A stretch of 64,000 bases of DNA, from positions 19,185 to 83,184 of the forward strand of contig CAKOTX010000002.1 of NCBI GenBank assembly GCA_934120315.1, given 5' to 3'. Below, piece by piece: positions 48,677 to 59,725 of the stretch (position 1 is the first letter of the stretch; each line of letters starts with the position of its first letter). A program made the translations under genes and the position numbers. The DNA is from an uncultured Clostridia bacterium (lineage in GTDB: Bacteria > Bacillota > Clostridia > TANB77 > CAG-508). The notes under the pieces were generated by a model. The model saw nothing but the letters and a program-made list of their open reading frames with translations, was not told the DNA's origin and ran no database searches.

Positions 48677-49030
48677 GTGGAAGAAACAGCAGTAATGGAA
48701 GCAAAAGCAACATTAAAATATGCAAGAATTTCTGCTAGAAAAGTAAAAATCGTTGCAGATTTAATTAGAGGAAAAAATGTTGATGAAGCTTTAGCAATAG
48801 TAAAATTTACACCAAAAGCATCTTCAGACATTATAGAAAAATTATTAAAATCAGCAATCGCAAATGCTGAAAATAATCATGGAATGAAACATGAAAATTT
48901 ATATGTAGCTGAAATATATGCAAATCAAGGTCCAACTCTAAAGAGAATTAGACCAGCTGCAAAAGGTTCAGCAGTTAGAATTAGAAAAAGAACAAGTCAT
49001 ATAACTATCGTAGTTAGAGAAGCAGAATAG
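48677..49030 (+). CDS. rplV: 50S ribosomal protein L22
   Basis: L22 sequence. GTG start 6 nt after AAGGAGGG. Confidence 0.93.
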   Translation: MEETAVMEAKATLKYARISARKVKIVADLIRGKNVDEALAIVKFTPKASSDIIEKLLKSAIANAENNHGMKHENLYVAEIYANQGPTLKRIRPAAKGSAVRIRKRTSHITIVVREAE

Positions 49031-49050
49031 GAAAGGAGGATAATTACAAA

Positions 49051-49707
49051 ATGGGACAAAAAGTACATCCAACAGGTGTGAGAGTTGGAATAATCAAAGA
49101 TTGGAATGCTAAATGGTATGCAGATTCTAAGAACTTTGCAGATTACTTAGTAGAAGATCAAAAAATCCGTAAATTTTTAAAGAAAAAATTATATACAGCT
49201 GGAGTTTCAAAAATCGAAATTGAAAGAACAGCAAAATTAATCAAAGTTAATGTTTATGCAGCTAAGCCAGGAATTATAATCGGAAAAGGTGGAGCTGGAG
49301 CTGAAACATTAAAAGCAGAATTAACAAAATTAATTGGTAAAGATGTAAATATCAATATAGTTGAGGTAAAAGCAATAGATACAGATGCACAATTAGTTGC
49401 TGAAAATATCGCTGGACAACTAGAAAGAAGAATTTCATTTAGAAAAGCTATGAAACAATGTATGCAAAAAGCTATGAAATCAGGTGCTTTAGGAATCAAA
49501 ACTTCAGTATCTGGAAGATTAGGTGGAGCTGATATGGCTAGAACAGAATTTTATAAAGAGGGAACAATTCCTCTACAAACTTTAAGAGCTGATATTGACT
49601 ATGGATTTGCAGAAGCAGATACAACATACGGAAAAATCGGTGTTAAAGTATGGATTTATAAAGGTGAAGTTCTTCCAGCTAGAAAAGTGGAAGGAGGAGA
49701 CAAATAA
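49051..49707 (+). CDS. rpsC: 30S ribosomal protein S3
   Basis: KH domain and S3 C-terminus. Confidence 0.95.
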   Translation: MGQKVHPTGVRVGIIKDWNAKWYADSKNFADYLVEDQKIRKFLKKKLYTAGVSKIEIERTAKLIKVNVYAAKPGIIIGKGGAGAETLKAELTKLIGKDVNINIVEVKAIDTDAQLVAENIAGQLERRISFRKAMKQCMQKAMKSGALGIKTSVSGRLGGADMARTEFYKEGTIPLQTLRADIDYGFAEADTTYGKIGVKVWIYKGEVLPARKVEGGDK

Positions 49708-50153
49708 TGCCATTAATGCCAAAAAAATCTAAATATAGAAAAATGCAAAAAGGTAGAAATAGAGGAAAAGCAACAAGAGGAAACAAAGTAACAGACGGAG
49801 AATACGGAATACAAGCTGTAGAAGCTGGTTTAATTAAAGGAAACCAAATTGAAGCAGCACGTATCGCAATGACACGTTATACAAAAAGAGGTGGAAAGGT
49901 TTGGATTAAAATATTTCCAGACAAACCAATAACACAAAAACCAGCCGGAACTCGTGGTGGTAAAGGTAAAGGTAATGTTGAATATTGGGTAGCTGCTGTA
50001 AAACCAGGTAGAGTTATGTTTGAAATTGCAGGAATCCCTGAAGAGACAGCTAAAGAAGCCTTGAGATTAGCTATGAACAAATTACCAATCAAATGTAAGT
50101 TCGTAGTAAAAGAAACTGAGAACAAGGTGGGTGATAGTGATGAAGATAAATAA
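49707..50153 (+). CDS. rplP: 50S ribosomal protein L16
   Basis: [15 protein letters not shown]-terminus. Confidence 0.95.
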   Translation: MPLMPKKSKYRKMQKGRNRGKATRGNKVTDGEYGIQAVEAGLIKGNQIEAARIAMTRYTKRGGKVWIKIFPDKPITQKPAGTRGGKGKGNVEYWVAAVKPGRVMFEIAGIPEETAKEALRLAMNKLPIKCKFVVKETENKVGDSDEDK

Positions 50154-50346
50154 GATTAGAGAAATGTCTTCACCAGAATTAGAAAAAGAATTAGGTGAAC
50201 TAAAAACAGAATTATTCAAATTAAAATTTAGTTTAGCTACAAACGGATTAGATAACCCAATGAAAATCAAAGAGGTTAAAAAAGATATAGCTAAAATAAA
50301 TACTGTATTAACAGAAAGAAAAATAGCAAGTAAAAAGGAGGATTAA
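50140..50346 (+). CDS. rpmC: 50S ribosomal protein L29
   Basis: L29 sequence. ATG50140 after AAGGTGGG is preferred to the track start 50131. Confidence 0.9.
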   Translation: MKINKIREMSSPELEKELGELKTELFKLKFSLATNGLDNPMKIKEVKKDIAKINTVLTERKIASKKED

Positions 50347-50349
50347 TCT

Positions 50350-50607
50350 ATGGAAAGAAATCTTCGTAAAGTTATGGTTGGTACTGTAACATCTGACAAA
50401 ATGGATAAAACAGTAGTTGTTTCAGTTGAAACAAGTGTAAGCCATAAAATGTATGGAAAAACAGTTAAAAGAACATATAAATTAAAAGCTCATGACGAAA
50501 ATAATAGCTGTGAAATAGGAGATAAAGTAAAAGTAATGGAAACAAGACCACTTTCTAAAGATAAGAGATGGAGAGTAGTTGAGATTCTTGAAAAAGGAGG
50601 AAAATAG
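50350..50607 (+). CDS. rpsQ: 30S ribosomal protein S17
   Basis: S17 OB-fold sequence. Confidence 0.95.
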   Translation: MERNLRKVMVGTVTSDKMDKTVVVSVETSVSHKMYGKTVKRTYKLKAHDENNSCEIGDKVKVMETRPLSKDKRWRVVEILEKGGK

Positions 50608-50610
50608 ATC

Positions 50611-50979
50611 ATGATACAACAACAAACAATATTAAAAGTTGCTGACAATACTGGAGCTAAAGAAATCATGTGTATCAGATGTATGGGTGGTTCATATATG
50701 AAAACAGCTAACATCGGTGATGTTATAGTTGCCTCTGTTAAAACAGCAACACCAGGTGGCGTTGTTAAGAAAGGTGATGTAGTTAAAGCTGTTATCGTAA
50801 GAAGCAAAAGAGGTTTAAGAAGACCAGATGGTTCTTATGTAAAATTTGATGAAAATGCAGCAGTATTAATTAAAGATGATAAAACACCAAGAGGAACACG
50901 TATATTTGGCCCAGTTGCTAGAGAATTAAGAGAAAAGGATTATATGAAAATATTATCATTAGCACCAGAAGTTTTATAA
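50611..50979 (+). CDS. rplN: 50S ribosomal protein L14
   Basis: [18 protein letters not shown]-terminus. Confidence 0.97.
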   Translation: MIQQQTILKVADNTGAKEIMCIRCMGGSYMKTANIGDVIVASVKTATPGGVVKKGDVVKAVIVRSKRGLRRPDGSYVKFDENAAVLIKDDKTPRGTRIFGPVARELREKDYMKILSLAPEVL

Positions 50980-51007
50980 TAAGTAGTAAAGAAGGAGGTT
51001 AAACTCA

Positions 51008-51316
51008 ATGAGAATAAAAAAAGGAGATACAGTCCAAGTTTTATCTGGAAATGATAAGGGTAAAAAAGGAGAAGTATTAGAAGTTATGCCTAAAGACTCA
51101 AAAGTAGTTGTTAAAGGTGTAAACGTTAGAAAAAAACACATCAAACCTAGAAAACAAGGTGAAGAGGGTGGAATAATCCCAGTTGAATGTGCAATTGACA
51201 GCTCAATAGTAAATGTAGTATGCCCAAAATGTGGAAAATCTACAAGAGTAGAATATAAAGTTGAAAATGATAAAAAAGTTCGTGTTTGCAAAAAATGTGG
51301 AGCTAATATCAAATAG
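51008..51316 (+). CDS. rplX: 50S ribosomal protein L24 (C-terminal CxxC...CxxC zinc-ribbon variant)
   Basis: KOW motif region plus C-terminal CPKCGKS...CKKCGA. Confidence 0.92.
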   Translation: MRIKKGDTVQVLSGNDKGKKGEVLEVMPKDSKVVVKGVNVRKKHIKPRKQGEEGGIIPVECAIDSSIVNVVCPKCGKSTRVEYKVENDKKVRVCKKCGANIK

Positions 51317-51337
51317 TGAAAGGAGGATTAACTGAAC

Positions 51338-51877
51338 ATGGAAAAACTAAGAGAACAATATCAAAATGAAGTAATTCCAGCATTAATGAAAAAATTTGGA
51401 TATAAATCAACTATGCAAGTTCCAAAGCTTGAAAAAATAGTTATAAATATAGGTTTAGGAGATACAAAAGAAAATCCTAAATCATTAGAAAATGCAGTAA
51501 ATGATTTAATGCAAATCACAGGTCAAAGACCAATGATAACAAAAGCAAAAAAATCAATAGCAGCATTTAAATTAAGAGAAGGAGCTAACGTTGGATGTAA
51601 AGTAACATTAAGATCAGACAAAATGTATGATTTTGCTTACAAACTATTCAATGTTGCATTACCAAGAGTAAGAGACTTTAGAGGTGTTTCTGAAAACTCA
51701 TTTGATGGAAGAGGAAACTACTCAATGGGTATTAAAGAACAATTAATATTCCCAGAAATCGAATATGATAAAGTAGACAAATTAAGAGGTATGGATATCA
51801 TATTTGTAACAACAGCTGAAACAGACGAAGAGGCAAAAGAGCTATTAAAACTATTAGGAATGCCTTTCAAAGCATAA
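51338..51877 (+). CDS. rplE: 50S ribosomal protein L5
   Basis: L5 family sequence. Confidence 0.95.
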   Translation: MEKLREQYQNEVIPALMKKFGYKSTMQVPKLEKIVINIGLGDTKENPKSLENAVNDLMQITGQRPMITKAKKSIAAFKLREGANVGCKVTLRSDKMYDFAYKLFNVALPRVRDFRGVSENSFDGRGNYSMGIKEQLIFPEIEYDKVDKLRGMDIIFVTTAETDEEAKELLKLLGMPFKA

Positions 51878-51897
51878 ATTAAGGAGGAGAATAAATA

Positions 51898-52083
51898 ATG
51901 GCTAAAAAATCATTAAAAATAAAACAAGCTAGACCACAAAAATATGCTACTAGAGAATATAATAGATGCAGAATTTGTGGAAGACCACATGCTTATATCA
52001 GAAAATATGGAATTTGCCGTGTATGTTTCAGAGAATTAGCACACAAAGGTGAAATTCCAGGTGTTAAAAAAGCAAGTTGGTAA
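51898..52083 (+). CDS. rpsN: 30S ribosomal protein S14 type Z (zinc-binding, 61 aa)
   Basis: C-x2-C...C-x2-C motif (CRICGRP...CRVC). Confidence 0.95.
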   Translation: MAKKSLKIKQARPQKYATREYNRCRICGRPHAYIRKYGICRVCFRELAHKGEIPGVKKASW

Positions 52084-52108
52084 AATTAAAAAAAGGAGGT
52101 AAAGTGAA

Positions 52109-52507
52109 TTGAATACTACAGATCCAATAGCAGATATGTTAACAAGAATAAGAAATGCTAACAGTGCTAAACACAAGACAGTTGATGTACCAAACTCTAA
52201 AATGAAAACAGCAATAGCTGAAATCTTATTTAAAGAAGGATATATCAAATCATTTGAATTAATCAATAACGAAAATCAAGGAATCATCAGAATTACATTA
52301 AAATATGATGAAAAAGGAGCTAGAGTTATTGACGGAATAAAAAGAATCAGTAAACCAGGATTAAGAGTATATGCTGGTAAAGAAGAATTACCAAGAGTAT
52401 TAAACGGATTAGGAACAGCAATAATTTCTACATCTAAAGGTCTAAAAACAGACAAAGAAGCTAGAGAAGCTGGAATTGGTGGAGAAGTTTTAGCATACAT
52501 CTGGTAA
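52109..52507 (+). CDS. rpsH: 30S ribosomal protein S8
   Basis: [15 protein letters not shown]-terminus. TTG start 8 nt after AAAGGAGGT. Confidence 0.95.
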   Translation: MNTTDPIADMLTRIRNANSAKHKTVDVPNSKMKTAIAEILFKEGYIKSFELINNENQGIIRITLKYDEKGARVIDGIKRISKPGLRVYAGKEELPRVLNGLGTAIISTSKGLKTDKEAREAGIGGEVLAYIW

Positions 52508-52615
52508 TCAGATTTATATAAAAGATGGGAAAAATCAACCTAATCGTGAAAATGCAGAAATGTAAAAATGAAATGTTAGGCGAACGCCCAATATAATAAG
52601 AAAGGTGAAAATAAA

Positions 52616-53152
52616 ATGTCAAGAATAGGAAATAAACACATTGTAATACCTGAAGGTGTTGAAGTTAAATTAGACGGACAAAAAATAACTGTAAAAGGAC
52701 CTAAAGGTACATTAGAAAGAGAAATACATAAAAATATTTCTGTATCTATTGAAAACAATACAATTATAGTAAAAAGACCAAATGATGAAGCTTTAAACAG
52801 AAGCTTACATGGTTTAACAAGAACATTAATCAATAATATGATAAATGGTGTTGAAAAAGAATATACAAGAGAATTACAAATAAATGGTGTTGGTTACAGA
52901 GTTGCAAAACAAGGTAACAACTTAAATTTAACATTAGGATATTCTCATCCAGTAATATTTGAAGCACCAGCTGGAATTTCATTTGACGTTCCAAACGCTA
53001 ATACAATCATAGTTAGAGGTGTTGACAAAGAATTAGTTGGTCAAACAGCAGCTAACATCAGAACAAAGAGACCACCTGAAGTATATAGAGGTAAAGGTAT
53101 CAAATATGCTGAAGAAGTTATTAGACGTAAGGAAGGTAAGACAGGTAAATAA
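52616..53152 (+). CDS. rplF: 50S ribosomal protein L6
   Basis: L6 tandem-domain sequence. Confidence 0.95.
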   Translation: MSRIGNKHIVIPEGVEVKLDGQKITVKGPKGTLEREIHKNISVSIENNTIIVKRPNDEALNRSLHGLTRTLINNMINGVEKEYTRELQINGVGYRVAKQGNNLNLTLGYSHPVIFEAPAGISFDVPNANTIIVRGVDKELVGQTAANIRTKRPPEVYRGKGIKYAEEVIRRKEGKTGK

Positions 53153-53169
53153 TTGAAAGGAGATTAAAA

Positions 53170-53529
53170 ATGGTTAGTAAAACAGATAGAAAATTAGAAA
53201 GAACTAGAAGACATGCTAGAGTTAGAACTAAAGTATCTGGAACAGCAGAAAGACCAAGACTATGTGTATATAGAAGCAATACAAATATCTATGCTCAAAT
53301 CATAGATGATGTTGCTGGAAATACATTAGTATCTGCTTCAACATTAGATAAAGAAGTTAAAACTAAAAATTCTAATGTAGAAGCTGCTAAAGAAGTTGGA
53401 GCTTTAATCGCAAAAAGAGCATCAGCTAAGAAAATCAAAACTGTAGTATATGATCGTAGTGGATATATATACCATGGTGTTGTAAAAGCATTAGCTGAAG
53501 CCGCAAGAGAAGGAGGCTTAGAATTCTAA
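53170..53529 (+). CDS. rplR: 50S ribosomal protein L18
   Basis: L18 sequence. Confidence 0.95.
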   Translation: MVSKTDRKLERTRRHARVRTKVSGTAERPRLCVYRSNTNIYAQIIDDVAGNTLVSASTLDKEVKTKNSNVEAAKEVGALIAKRASAKKIKTVVYDRSGYIYHGVVKALAEAAREGGLEF

Positions 53530-54020
53530 TGGAAGAAAATAAAATGCCAGAATTAAAAGAAAAAGTAGTAGCTATTAATAGAGTTGCAAAAGTAGTAAAA
53601 GGTGGTAGAACATTTAGATTCAGTGCTGTAGTTATCGTTGGAGATGGTGCAGGACATGTTGGAATCGGAAATGGTAAAGCTGCTGAAGTACCAGATGCTA
53701 TCAAAAAAGCTATTCAAGAAGCTAAGAAAAACTTAGTTGAAGTTCCAATTGTTGGAACAACAGTACCTCATGAATTTATAGGAGAATTTGGTAGTGCAAA
53801 AGTTATGTTAAAACCAGCTAAGGTTGGTACAGGACTTATTACTGGAGGAAGTGTAAGACCAGTACTTGAATTAGCAGGATACAGAGATGTACGTACAAAA
53901 GTTATTGGAACAAACAATCCAAGAAACGTTGTATATGCAACTATCGAAGGTTTAAAGAACATGAGAACAATTGAACAAGTAGCTAAAAAGAGAAATAAAA
54001 AAGTTGACGAAATAATGTAA
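53529..54020 (+). CDS. rpsE: 30S ribosomal protein S5
   Basis: S5 dsRBD and C-domain. Overlap with rplR. Confidence 0.95.
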   Translation: MEENKMPELKEKVVAINRVAKVVKGGRTFRFSAVVIVGDGAGHVGIGNGKAAEVPDAIKKAIQEAKKNLVEVPIVGTTVPHEFIGEFGSAKVMLKPAKVGTGLITGGSVRPVLELAGYRDVRTKVIGTNNPRNVVYATIEGLKNMRTIEQVAKKRNKKVDEIM

Positions 54021-54059
54021 TTAATAAGGATAAATAAAAAATAAGGAGGTGCGAACAGA

Positions 54060-54494
54060 ATGAAGTTAGGAGAATTAAAACCAGCTGTTGAAAAGAAAAC
54101 AAGAAGAAGAGTTGGACGTGGTATTGGTTCTGGATTAGGAAAAACATCAGGAAAAGGACATAAAGGACAAAAAGCAAGAAGCGGCGGTGGAGTAAGAAGA
54201 GGATTCGAAGGAGGTCAAACACCATTATATAGACGTTTACCAAAAAGAGGATTCACAAATATCCATGCAAATAACTATACAGAAGTAACATTAACTATGT
54301 TAAACAAATCTAAAGCAACAGATGTAACAGCAGAAAGCTTAGTAGAAGAAGGAATAATCGGAAAAGTAAATGATGGAATCGTAGTTTTAGGAACAGGAAA
54401 ATTAGAGAAAAAATTAAATGTTAAAGCTACAAGATTTACTGCATCTGCTAAGGAAAAAATTGAAGCTCTAGGCGGAAAGGCAGAGGTGATTTAG
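54060..54494 (+). CDS. rplO: 50S ribosomal protein L15
   Basis: MKLGELKPA...[21 protein letters not shown]-terminus. Sits directly after rpsE with no rpmD between them. Confidence 0.95.
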   Translation: MKLGELKPAVEKKTRRRVGRGIGSGLGKTSGKGHKGQKARSGGGVRRGFEGGQTPLYRRLPKRGFTNIHANNYTEVTLTMLNKSKATDVTAESLVEEGIIGKVNDGIVVLGTGKLEKKLNVKATRFTASAKEKIEALGGKAEVI

Positions 54495-55814
54495 TTGTTT
54501 AAAACGATAAAAAACGCTTTAAAAACACCCGATGTAAGAAAAAGACTTATATACACATTAATACTTATTGTTTTGTTTAGATTAGGATGTTACATTACAG
54601 TGCCTGGTGTAAATACAATAGTATTAAATGAAGCAATGACTTCATCAAATGGAATCGCAGGATTTATAGATATAATTTCAGGAGGAGCTTTTTCAAGATT
54701 TTCAATTTTTGCAATGTCAATAAGTCCATACATAACAGCATCAATTGTTGTTCAATTATTGGCAATGGTAATACCTTCATTAGAAAGAATGGCTAAAGAA
54801 GGTGGAGAAGAAGGTAGAAAAGTAATGAATAGATGGACTAAGATTATTACATTAATCTTAGCTCTAATCGAAGCAATTGGAATTTATCTATCATATAGAA
54901 ATGCTGGAGTATTCATTAATCCAGGATGGCTAACAGGAATTTTAATTGTTGCATCTTTAGTTGCAGGAACATCTTTGTTAATGTGGCTTGGAGAACAAAT
55001 TACAAGTAAAGGAATTGGAAATGGTATATCAATTATAATCTTTATTGGTATTATATCTGGTTTACCATCAGGAGTAACAACTATTTGGAATTTGATATTC
55101 ACATCTTCAGGATTTAACACAATAGGACTATTAACTGCTTTAGGAATTATAATAGGAGCACTTATCTTAGTTGCTGGAGTTGTATTTGTACAAGAAGCAG
55201 AAAGAAGAGTACCTGTTCAATACTCAAAGAGAGTACAAGGAAGAAAAATGGTTGGTGCACAAAGCACACATATACCATTAAAATTAGCAATGGCTGGAGT
55301 TATGCCAGTAATATTCGCATCATCATTCATGACATTCCCAGCAATGGTAATATCAATGTTTGTAAAAGATATCTCAACATTAAATGGATTTTGGGCAGGA
55401 GTTTATAAGTTCTCTATTGCTACATCATCATCAAGTGTTGGATGGGGATATTCATTAGCTAATGCAATAGTATATTTAATATTAATTATGGGATTCACAT
55501 TCTTCTATACTTATGCTACATTTAATCCAGCAGAAGTATCAAACAATATCAAGAAAAATGGTGGATTCATACCAGGAATTAGAGCTGGTAAGCCAACAAC
55601 AGATTATTTATCATCTGTAATATCTAAATTAACAATATTCGGAGGATTATTCTTAGCTGTTATAGCAATCATCCCAATGTTATTAAGATTTACAAGCTTG
55701 AATGTTTCATTTGGTGGAACTTCAATATTAATCGTTGTAGGTGTTGCACTTGAAACAGTACAACAATTAGAATCTCAATTAGTAATGAGACATTATAAAG
55801 GATTCTTAGAATAG
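54495..55814 (+). CDS. secY: preprotein translocase subunit SecY
   Basis: Ten-TM SecY sequence. TTG start. Confidence 0.95.
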   Translation: MFKTIKNALKTPDVRKRLIYTLILIVLFRLGCYITVPGVNTIVLNEAMTSSNGIAGFIDIISGGAFSRFSIFAMSISPYITASIVVQLLAMVIPSLERMAKEGGEEGRKVMNRWTKIITLILALIEAIGIYLSYRNAGVFINPGWLTGILIVASLVAGTSLLMWLGEQITSKGIGNGISIIIFIGIISGLPSGVTTIWNLIFTSSGFNTIGLLTALGIIIGALILVAGVVFVQEAERRVPVQYSKRVQGRKMVGAQSTHIPLKLAMAGVMPVIFASSFMTFPAMVISMFVKDISTLNGFWAGVYKFSIATSSSSVGWGYSLANAIVYLILIMGFTFFYTYATFNPAEVSNNIKKNGGFIPGIRAGKPTTDYLSSVISKLTIFGGLFLAVIAIIPMLLRFTSLNVSFGGTSILIVVGVALETVQQLESQLVMRHYKGFLE

Positions 55815-55823
55815 AATAAAGAT

Positions 55824-55856
55824 AGCACTTATCAAAAGATAAGTGTTATTTTTTTG
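55824..55856 (+). terminator. terminator/attenuator hairpin between secY and adk
   Basis: AGCACTTATC-aaaa-GATAAGTGTT stem followed by T7. Confidence 0.6.
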
Positions 55857-55978
55857 ATTAAATTGTTGACAAAATGGGTAAAATAGGCTAAAATAAGATT
55901 GCAAAAATACGAAAGAAAAGCCTCTAAGAAATTAGGGGCATATATTTTTTCGAGGGAAAAGAGAAAGGAAGAATAAAT

Positions 55979-56644
55979 ATGAATATTATTATGTTAGGTG
56001 CACAAGGCACAGGAAAAGGAACTGTTGCAGGATTAATTAGTGAGCAAACAGGATTACCACAAATATCAACAGGAGATATATTCAGAAAAAATATAAGTGA
56101 AAAAACACCATTAGGAGTAGAAGCAGACAAATATATATCAAAAGGAAACTTAGTACCAGATGAAATTACAGTACCAATGGTAGAAGATAGATTAACATGG
56201 GATGATGCAAAAAATGGTGTAATATTAGATGGATTCCCAAGAACAATTGAACAAGCAGAAAAATTAGACAAAATGTTAGAAGCAAAAGGAGAAAAAATAG
56301 ATTTAGTAATAAATTTAGTAACACCAAAAGAAGAAATTATAGATAGAATGTTAACAAGAAGAGTTTGCACAAACCCTGATTGTAAAGCAACATACAACAT
56401 CAAACTACATCCACCTGTAAAAGAAGGAATCTGTGATAAATGTGGTGCTCCACTAAAACAAAGAGCAGATGATTCTGATCCAGAAGCAATAAAAAGAAGA
56501 TTAGAGATATACGAAGAAAAAACAAGCCCATTAGTAGAATATTACAAAAATAAAGGTGTATTAATAACAGAAACAGTAAGTATCTCAATAAATAGAATGG
56601 GTAAAGATGTAGCAGAAGATGTTGTAAGAGATATAAAAAAATAG
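55979..56644 (+). CDS. adk: adenylate kinase (zinc-binding LID type)
   Basis: P-loop GAQGTGKGT. LID Cys4 (C-x2-C...C-x2-C). Confidence 0.95.
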   Translation: MNIIMLGAQGTGKGTVAGLISEQTGLPQISTGDIFRKNISEKTPLGVEADKYISKGNLVPDEITVPMVEDRLTWDDAKNGVILDGFPRTIEQAEKLDKMLEAKGEKIDLVINLVTPKEEIIDRMLTRRVCTNPDCKATYNIKLHPPVKEGICDKCGAPLKQRADDSDPEAIKRRLEIYEEKTSPLVEYYKNKGVLITETVSISINRMGKDVAEDVVRDIKK

Positions 56645-56675
56645 TTGTTTTAAATAGAAAGGAAGCGTAGAAACA

Positions 56676-57446
56676 ATGGTTACAATAAAATCAAAAAGAG
56701 AAATTGAACTAATGAGAGAAGCAGGACGTGTAACAGCGCTAACACATAAAGCAATAGAAGATGCAATAAAGCCAGGAATGACAACAGCAGACATTGATAG
56801 AATAGCAGAAGAAACAATGAAAAAATATGGTGCAGTTTCTGCAGAAAAAGGATATGATCCAGGAATAAGGGGAGTTCCTCCTTATCCTGCTGCAACATGT
56901 ATTTCAATTAATGATGAAGTAATACATGGAGTTCCATCATCAAAAAGAGTTATTAAAGATGGTGATATTGTAAGTGTAGATTTAGTAGCATTAAAAAATG
57001 GATATAATGGAGATGCTGCAAGAACATTTTTAGTAGGAAATGTTTCAAAAGAGGCAAGAAGACTTGTAGAAGTTACAAAACAAGCATTTTTTGAAGGAAT
57101 AAAATATGCTAAAAAAGGAAACAGAATTGGAGATGTTTCACACGCAATTGGTGAATATGTAAAATCACAAGGATATTCAGTTGTAAGAGAATTTGAAGGA
57201 CATGGAATTGGAAAAGAAATGCATGAAGAACCAGAAATACCAAATTACGGAAAAGCTGGTAGAGGAATTAGACTAGAACCAGGCATGACATTGGCAATTG
57301 AACCAATGGTTATAGCAGGAAAACCAGACATCTGGGAATTAGAAGATGGATGGACAATTGTAACACAAGATGGAAGTTGGGCTGCACATTATGAAAATAC
57401 AATTTTAATTACAGAAAATGAGCCAGAAGTATTGACAATGCTATAA
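56676..57446 (+). CDS. map: type I methionine aminopeptidase
   Basis: Pita-bread fold metal ligands (D...D...H...E...E). Confidence 0.95.
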   Translation: MVTIKSKREIELMREAGRVTALTHKAIEDAIKPGMTTADIDRIAEETMKKYGAVSAEKGYDPGIRGVPPYPAATCISINDEVIHGVPSSKRVIKDGDIVSVDLVALKNGYNGDAARTFLVGNVSKEARRLVEVTKQAFFEGIKYAKKGNRIGDVSHAIGEYVKSQGYSVVREFEGHGIGKEMHEEPEIPNYGKAGRGIRLEPGMTLAIEPMVIAGKPDIWELEDGWTIVTQDGSWAAHYENTILITENEPEVLTML

Positions 57447-57551
57447 AAATATTATATAATGTATGAGTTAATACTGAAAAAAATGGAAAAAAGTATTTTT
57501 ATTCATGGATTTTCCATGATAAAAAGCTCTTTAAGAAGGAGGTAAGAAGAC

Positions 57552-57770
57552 TTGGCAAAGGAAGATGTTATAGAAGTAGAAGGAACAGTAGTTGAAACAC
57601 TACCAAATACTAATTTCAAAGTAGAACTTGAAAATGGACATCAAATTTTAGCACATATCTCAGGAAAATTGAGAATGAATTATATCAAAATTTTACCAGG
57701 AGATAAAGTTAAAGTTGAATTATCACCATATGATTTGACAAGAGGAAGAATCACTTGGAGAGCAAAATAA
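57552..57770 (+). CDS. infA: translation initiation factor IF-1
   Basis: IF-1 OB-fold sequence. TTG start after GGAGG. Confidence 0.95.
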   Translation: MAKEDVIEVEGTVVETLPNTNFKVELENGHQILAHISGKLRMNYIKILPGDKVKVELSPYDLTRGRITWRAK

Positions 57771-57822
57771 TAGTCAATTAATTAACCCAAAAATATAAAT
57801 ACTATTAAAGGAGGGAAATCTA

Positions 57823-57936
57823 ATGAAAGTAAGACCATCAGTAAAGAAAATGTGTGACAAATGCAAAGTAATAAAAAGAAAAGGTGTAATTAGAGTTATA
57901 TGTGAAAACCCTAAACACAAACAAAGACAAGGATAA
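57823..57936 (+). CDS. rpmJ: 50S ribosomal protein L36 (37 aa, [37 protein letters not shown])
   Basis: Not in the ORF track. C-x2-C...C...H zinc ribbon. RBS AAGGAGGG. Confidence 0.95.
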   Translation: MKVRPSVKKMCDKCKVIKRKGVIRVICENPKHKQRQG

Positions 57937-58136
57937 TTTTAGCTTATAACACAAATTAGGTAGCGGCTGTTAAACTTAAATGTTTACATATCGAATTTGT
58001 GTTTATATATATGTCCAAAATAAAACTTAAAGATCTATTAATTTAGATGCATTTCACCTTTAAGCAAAATTAGGACAACACTACAACGAACATAAAAGTT
58101 CAAATTAAAAAAGAAAAAATTTGGAGGTGCAAAAAC

Positions 58137-58511
58137 ATGGCTCGTATAGCAGGAGTAGACTTACCTAAAGAAAAAAGAGTTGAAATAGGACTTACATATA
58201 TCTATGGTATAGGAGTTGCTAGTTCAAATAAAATATTAGCAAAAGCTGGAGTTAATCCAGATACAAGAGTTAAAGACTTAACTGATGACGAAGTTAATAG
58301 CATAAGAAAAGTTATTGACGAATCATACAAAGTTGAAGGTGATTTAAGAAGAGAAGTAGCTCTTAATATAAAAAGACTAACAGAAATTGGATGTTATAGA
58401 GGATTAAGACATAGAAGAAGTCTTCCAGTAAGAGGACAAAGAACAAAAACTAATGCTCGTACAAGAAAAGGTCCAAGAAAATTAGTAAGCAGATCTAAAA
58501 AAGCTGTATAA
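58137..58511 (+). CDS. rpsM: 30S ribosomal protein S13
   Basis: [11 protein letters not shown]-terminus. Confidence 0.95.
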   Translation: MARIAGVDLPKEKRVEIGLTYIYGIGVASSNKILAKAGVNPDTRVKDLTDDEVNSIRKVIDESYKVEGDLRREVALNIKRLTEIGCYRGLRHRRSLPVRGQRTKTNARTRKGPRKLVSRSKKAV

Positions 58512-58561
58512 AACAAAAATAATTAACGTAATGTTATTTTTGAAGGAGGGAAATAAAGGAA

Positions 58562-58960
58562 ATGGCTAACAAAAATGTAGCGAAAAAACCAGTAGCTAGA
58601 AGAAATAGAAAAAACATTGATAAAGGTGAAGCTCATATTCACTCTAGCTTTAACAATACAATAGTTACAATAACAGATACAAACGGAAATACAATATCAT
58701 GGGGAAGTGCTGGAGGATTAGGATTCAAAGGTTCTAGAAAAAGCACACCATTCGCAGCTGGAGAAGTTGCTGAAACAGCAGCTAAAGCAGCAATGGAACA
58801 CGGATTAAAAACAGTTGAAGTATATGTTAAAGGTCCAGGAGCAGGAAGAGAAGCTGCAATAAGAGCACTTCAATCTGCAGGTCTAGAATTAACAAGTATT
58901 AAAGACGTAACACCAATCCCACACAATGGTTGTAGACCACCAAAAAGAAGAAGAGTATAA
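58562..58960 (+). CDS. rpsK: 30S ribosomal protein S11
   Basis: S11 sequence. Confidence 0.95.
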   Translation: MANKNVAKKPVARRNRKNIDKGEAHIHSSFNNTIVTITDTNGNTISWGSAGGLGFKGSRKSTPFAAGEVAETAAKAAMEHGLKTVEVYVKGPGAGREAAIRALQSAGLELTSIKDVTPIPHNGCRPPKRRRV

Positions 58961-59074
58961 TAATAAAATTCCTATGGGGACATATTTTGTCCGTCGAGGA
59001 ATATTAAGGGGAAAAATGTGTCCCCTTGCAAAACAAAAATAAGGTAGAAATATAGAAAGAGGTGTAAATAAAAG

Positions 59075-59701
59075 ATGGCACGTTATACAGACGAACAATG
59101 TCGTATTTGCCGTAGAGAAGGACAAAAATTGTTCTTAAAAGGTTCAAGATGTTATTCTGATAAATGTAGTATCTCTAGAAGAAACTATGCTCCAGGACAA
59201 CACGGACAAAAAAGAGCAAAACTTTCTGAATACGGAACACAATTAAGAGAAAAACAAAAAACAAAATCATACTATGGAGTTGGAGAAAAACAATTTAGAG
59301 GATATTTCGAAATGGCATCTAATAAAAAAGGAGTAACAGGTGAAAACTTATTACAAATATTAGAAAGCAGATTAGACAATGTTGTTTACAGATTAGGATT
59401 TGGAGCATCAAGAGCTCAAGCAAGACAATTAGTAAACCATGGACAATTCGAAGTAAATGGAAGAAGAGTTGATATCCCTTCATACTTAGTAAAAGCTGGA
59501 GATGTTATAACAGTTAGAGAAATCAAAAAAGACAATGGAGCAATAAAAGCTAATATAGAAGCAAATGCAGCAAGACCAGTTCCAGCATGGTTAGAATTAA
59601 ATAACGAAACTTTAAGTGGTAAAGTAGTAAGATTAGCATCTAGAGAAGATGTTGATATTCCAGTTGAAGAGCATTTAATAGTAGAGCTTTACTCTAAATA
59701 G
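59075..59701 (+). CDS. rpsD: 30S ribosomal protein S4 (zinc-ribbon type)
   Basis: [16 protein letters not shown]...CYSDKC motif. Placed in the alpha operon. Confidence 0.95.
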   Translation: MARYTDEQCRICRREGQKLFLKGSRCYSDKCSISRRNYAPGQHGQKRAKLSEYGTQLREKQKTKSYYGVGEKQFRGYFEMASNKKGVTGENLLQILESRLDNVVYRLGFGASRAQARQLVNHGQFEVNGRRVDIPSYLVKAGDVITVREIKKDNGAIKANIEANAARPVPAWLELNNETLSGKVVRLASREDVDIPVEEHLIVELYSK

Positions 59702-59725
59702 TTTTTAAAATATTAGGAGGTAGAA

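Noticed and set aside
57447-57551. KOW-domain ORF (ybzG-like) expected between map and infA
   Set aside because: Only about 100 nt of non-coding sequence with an 8-bp-stem hairpin. No ORF present.
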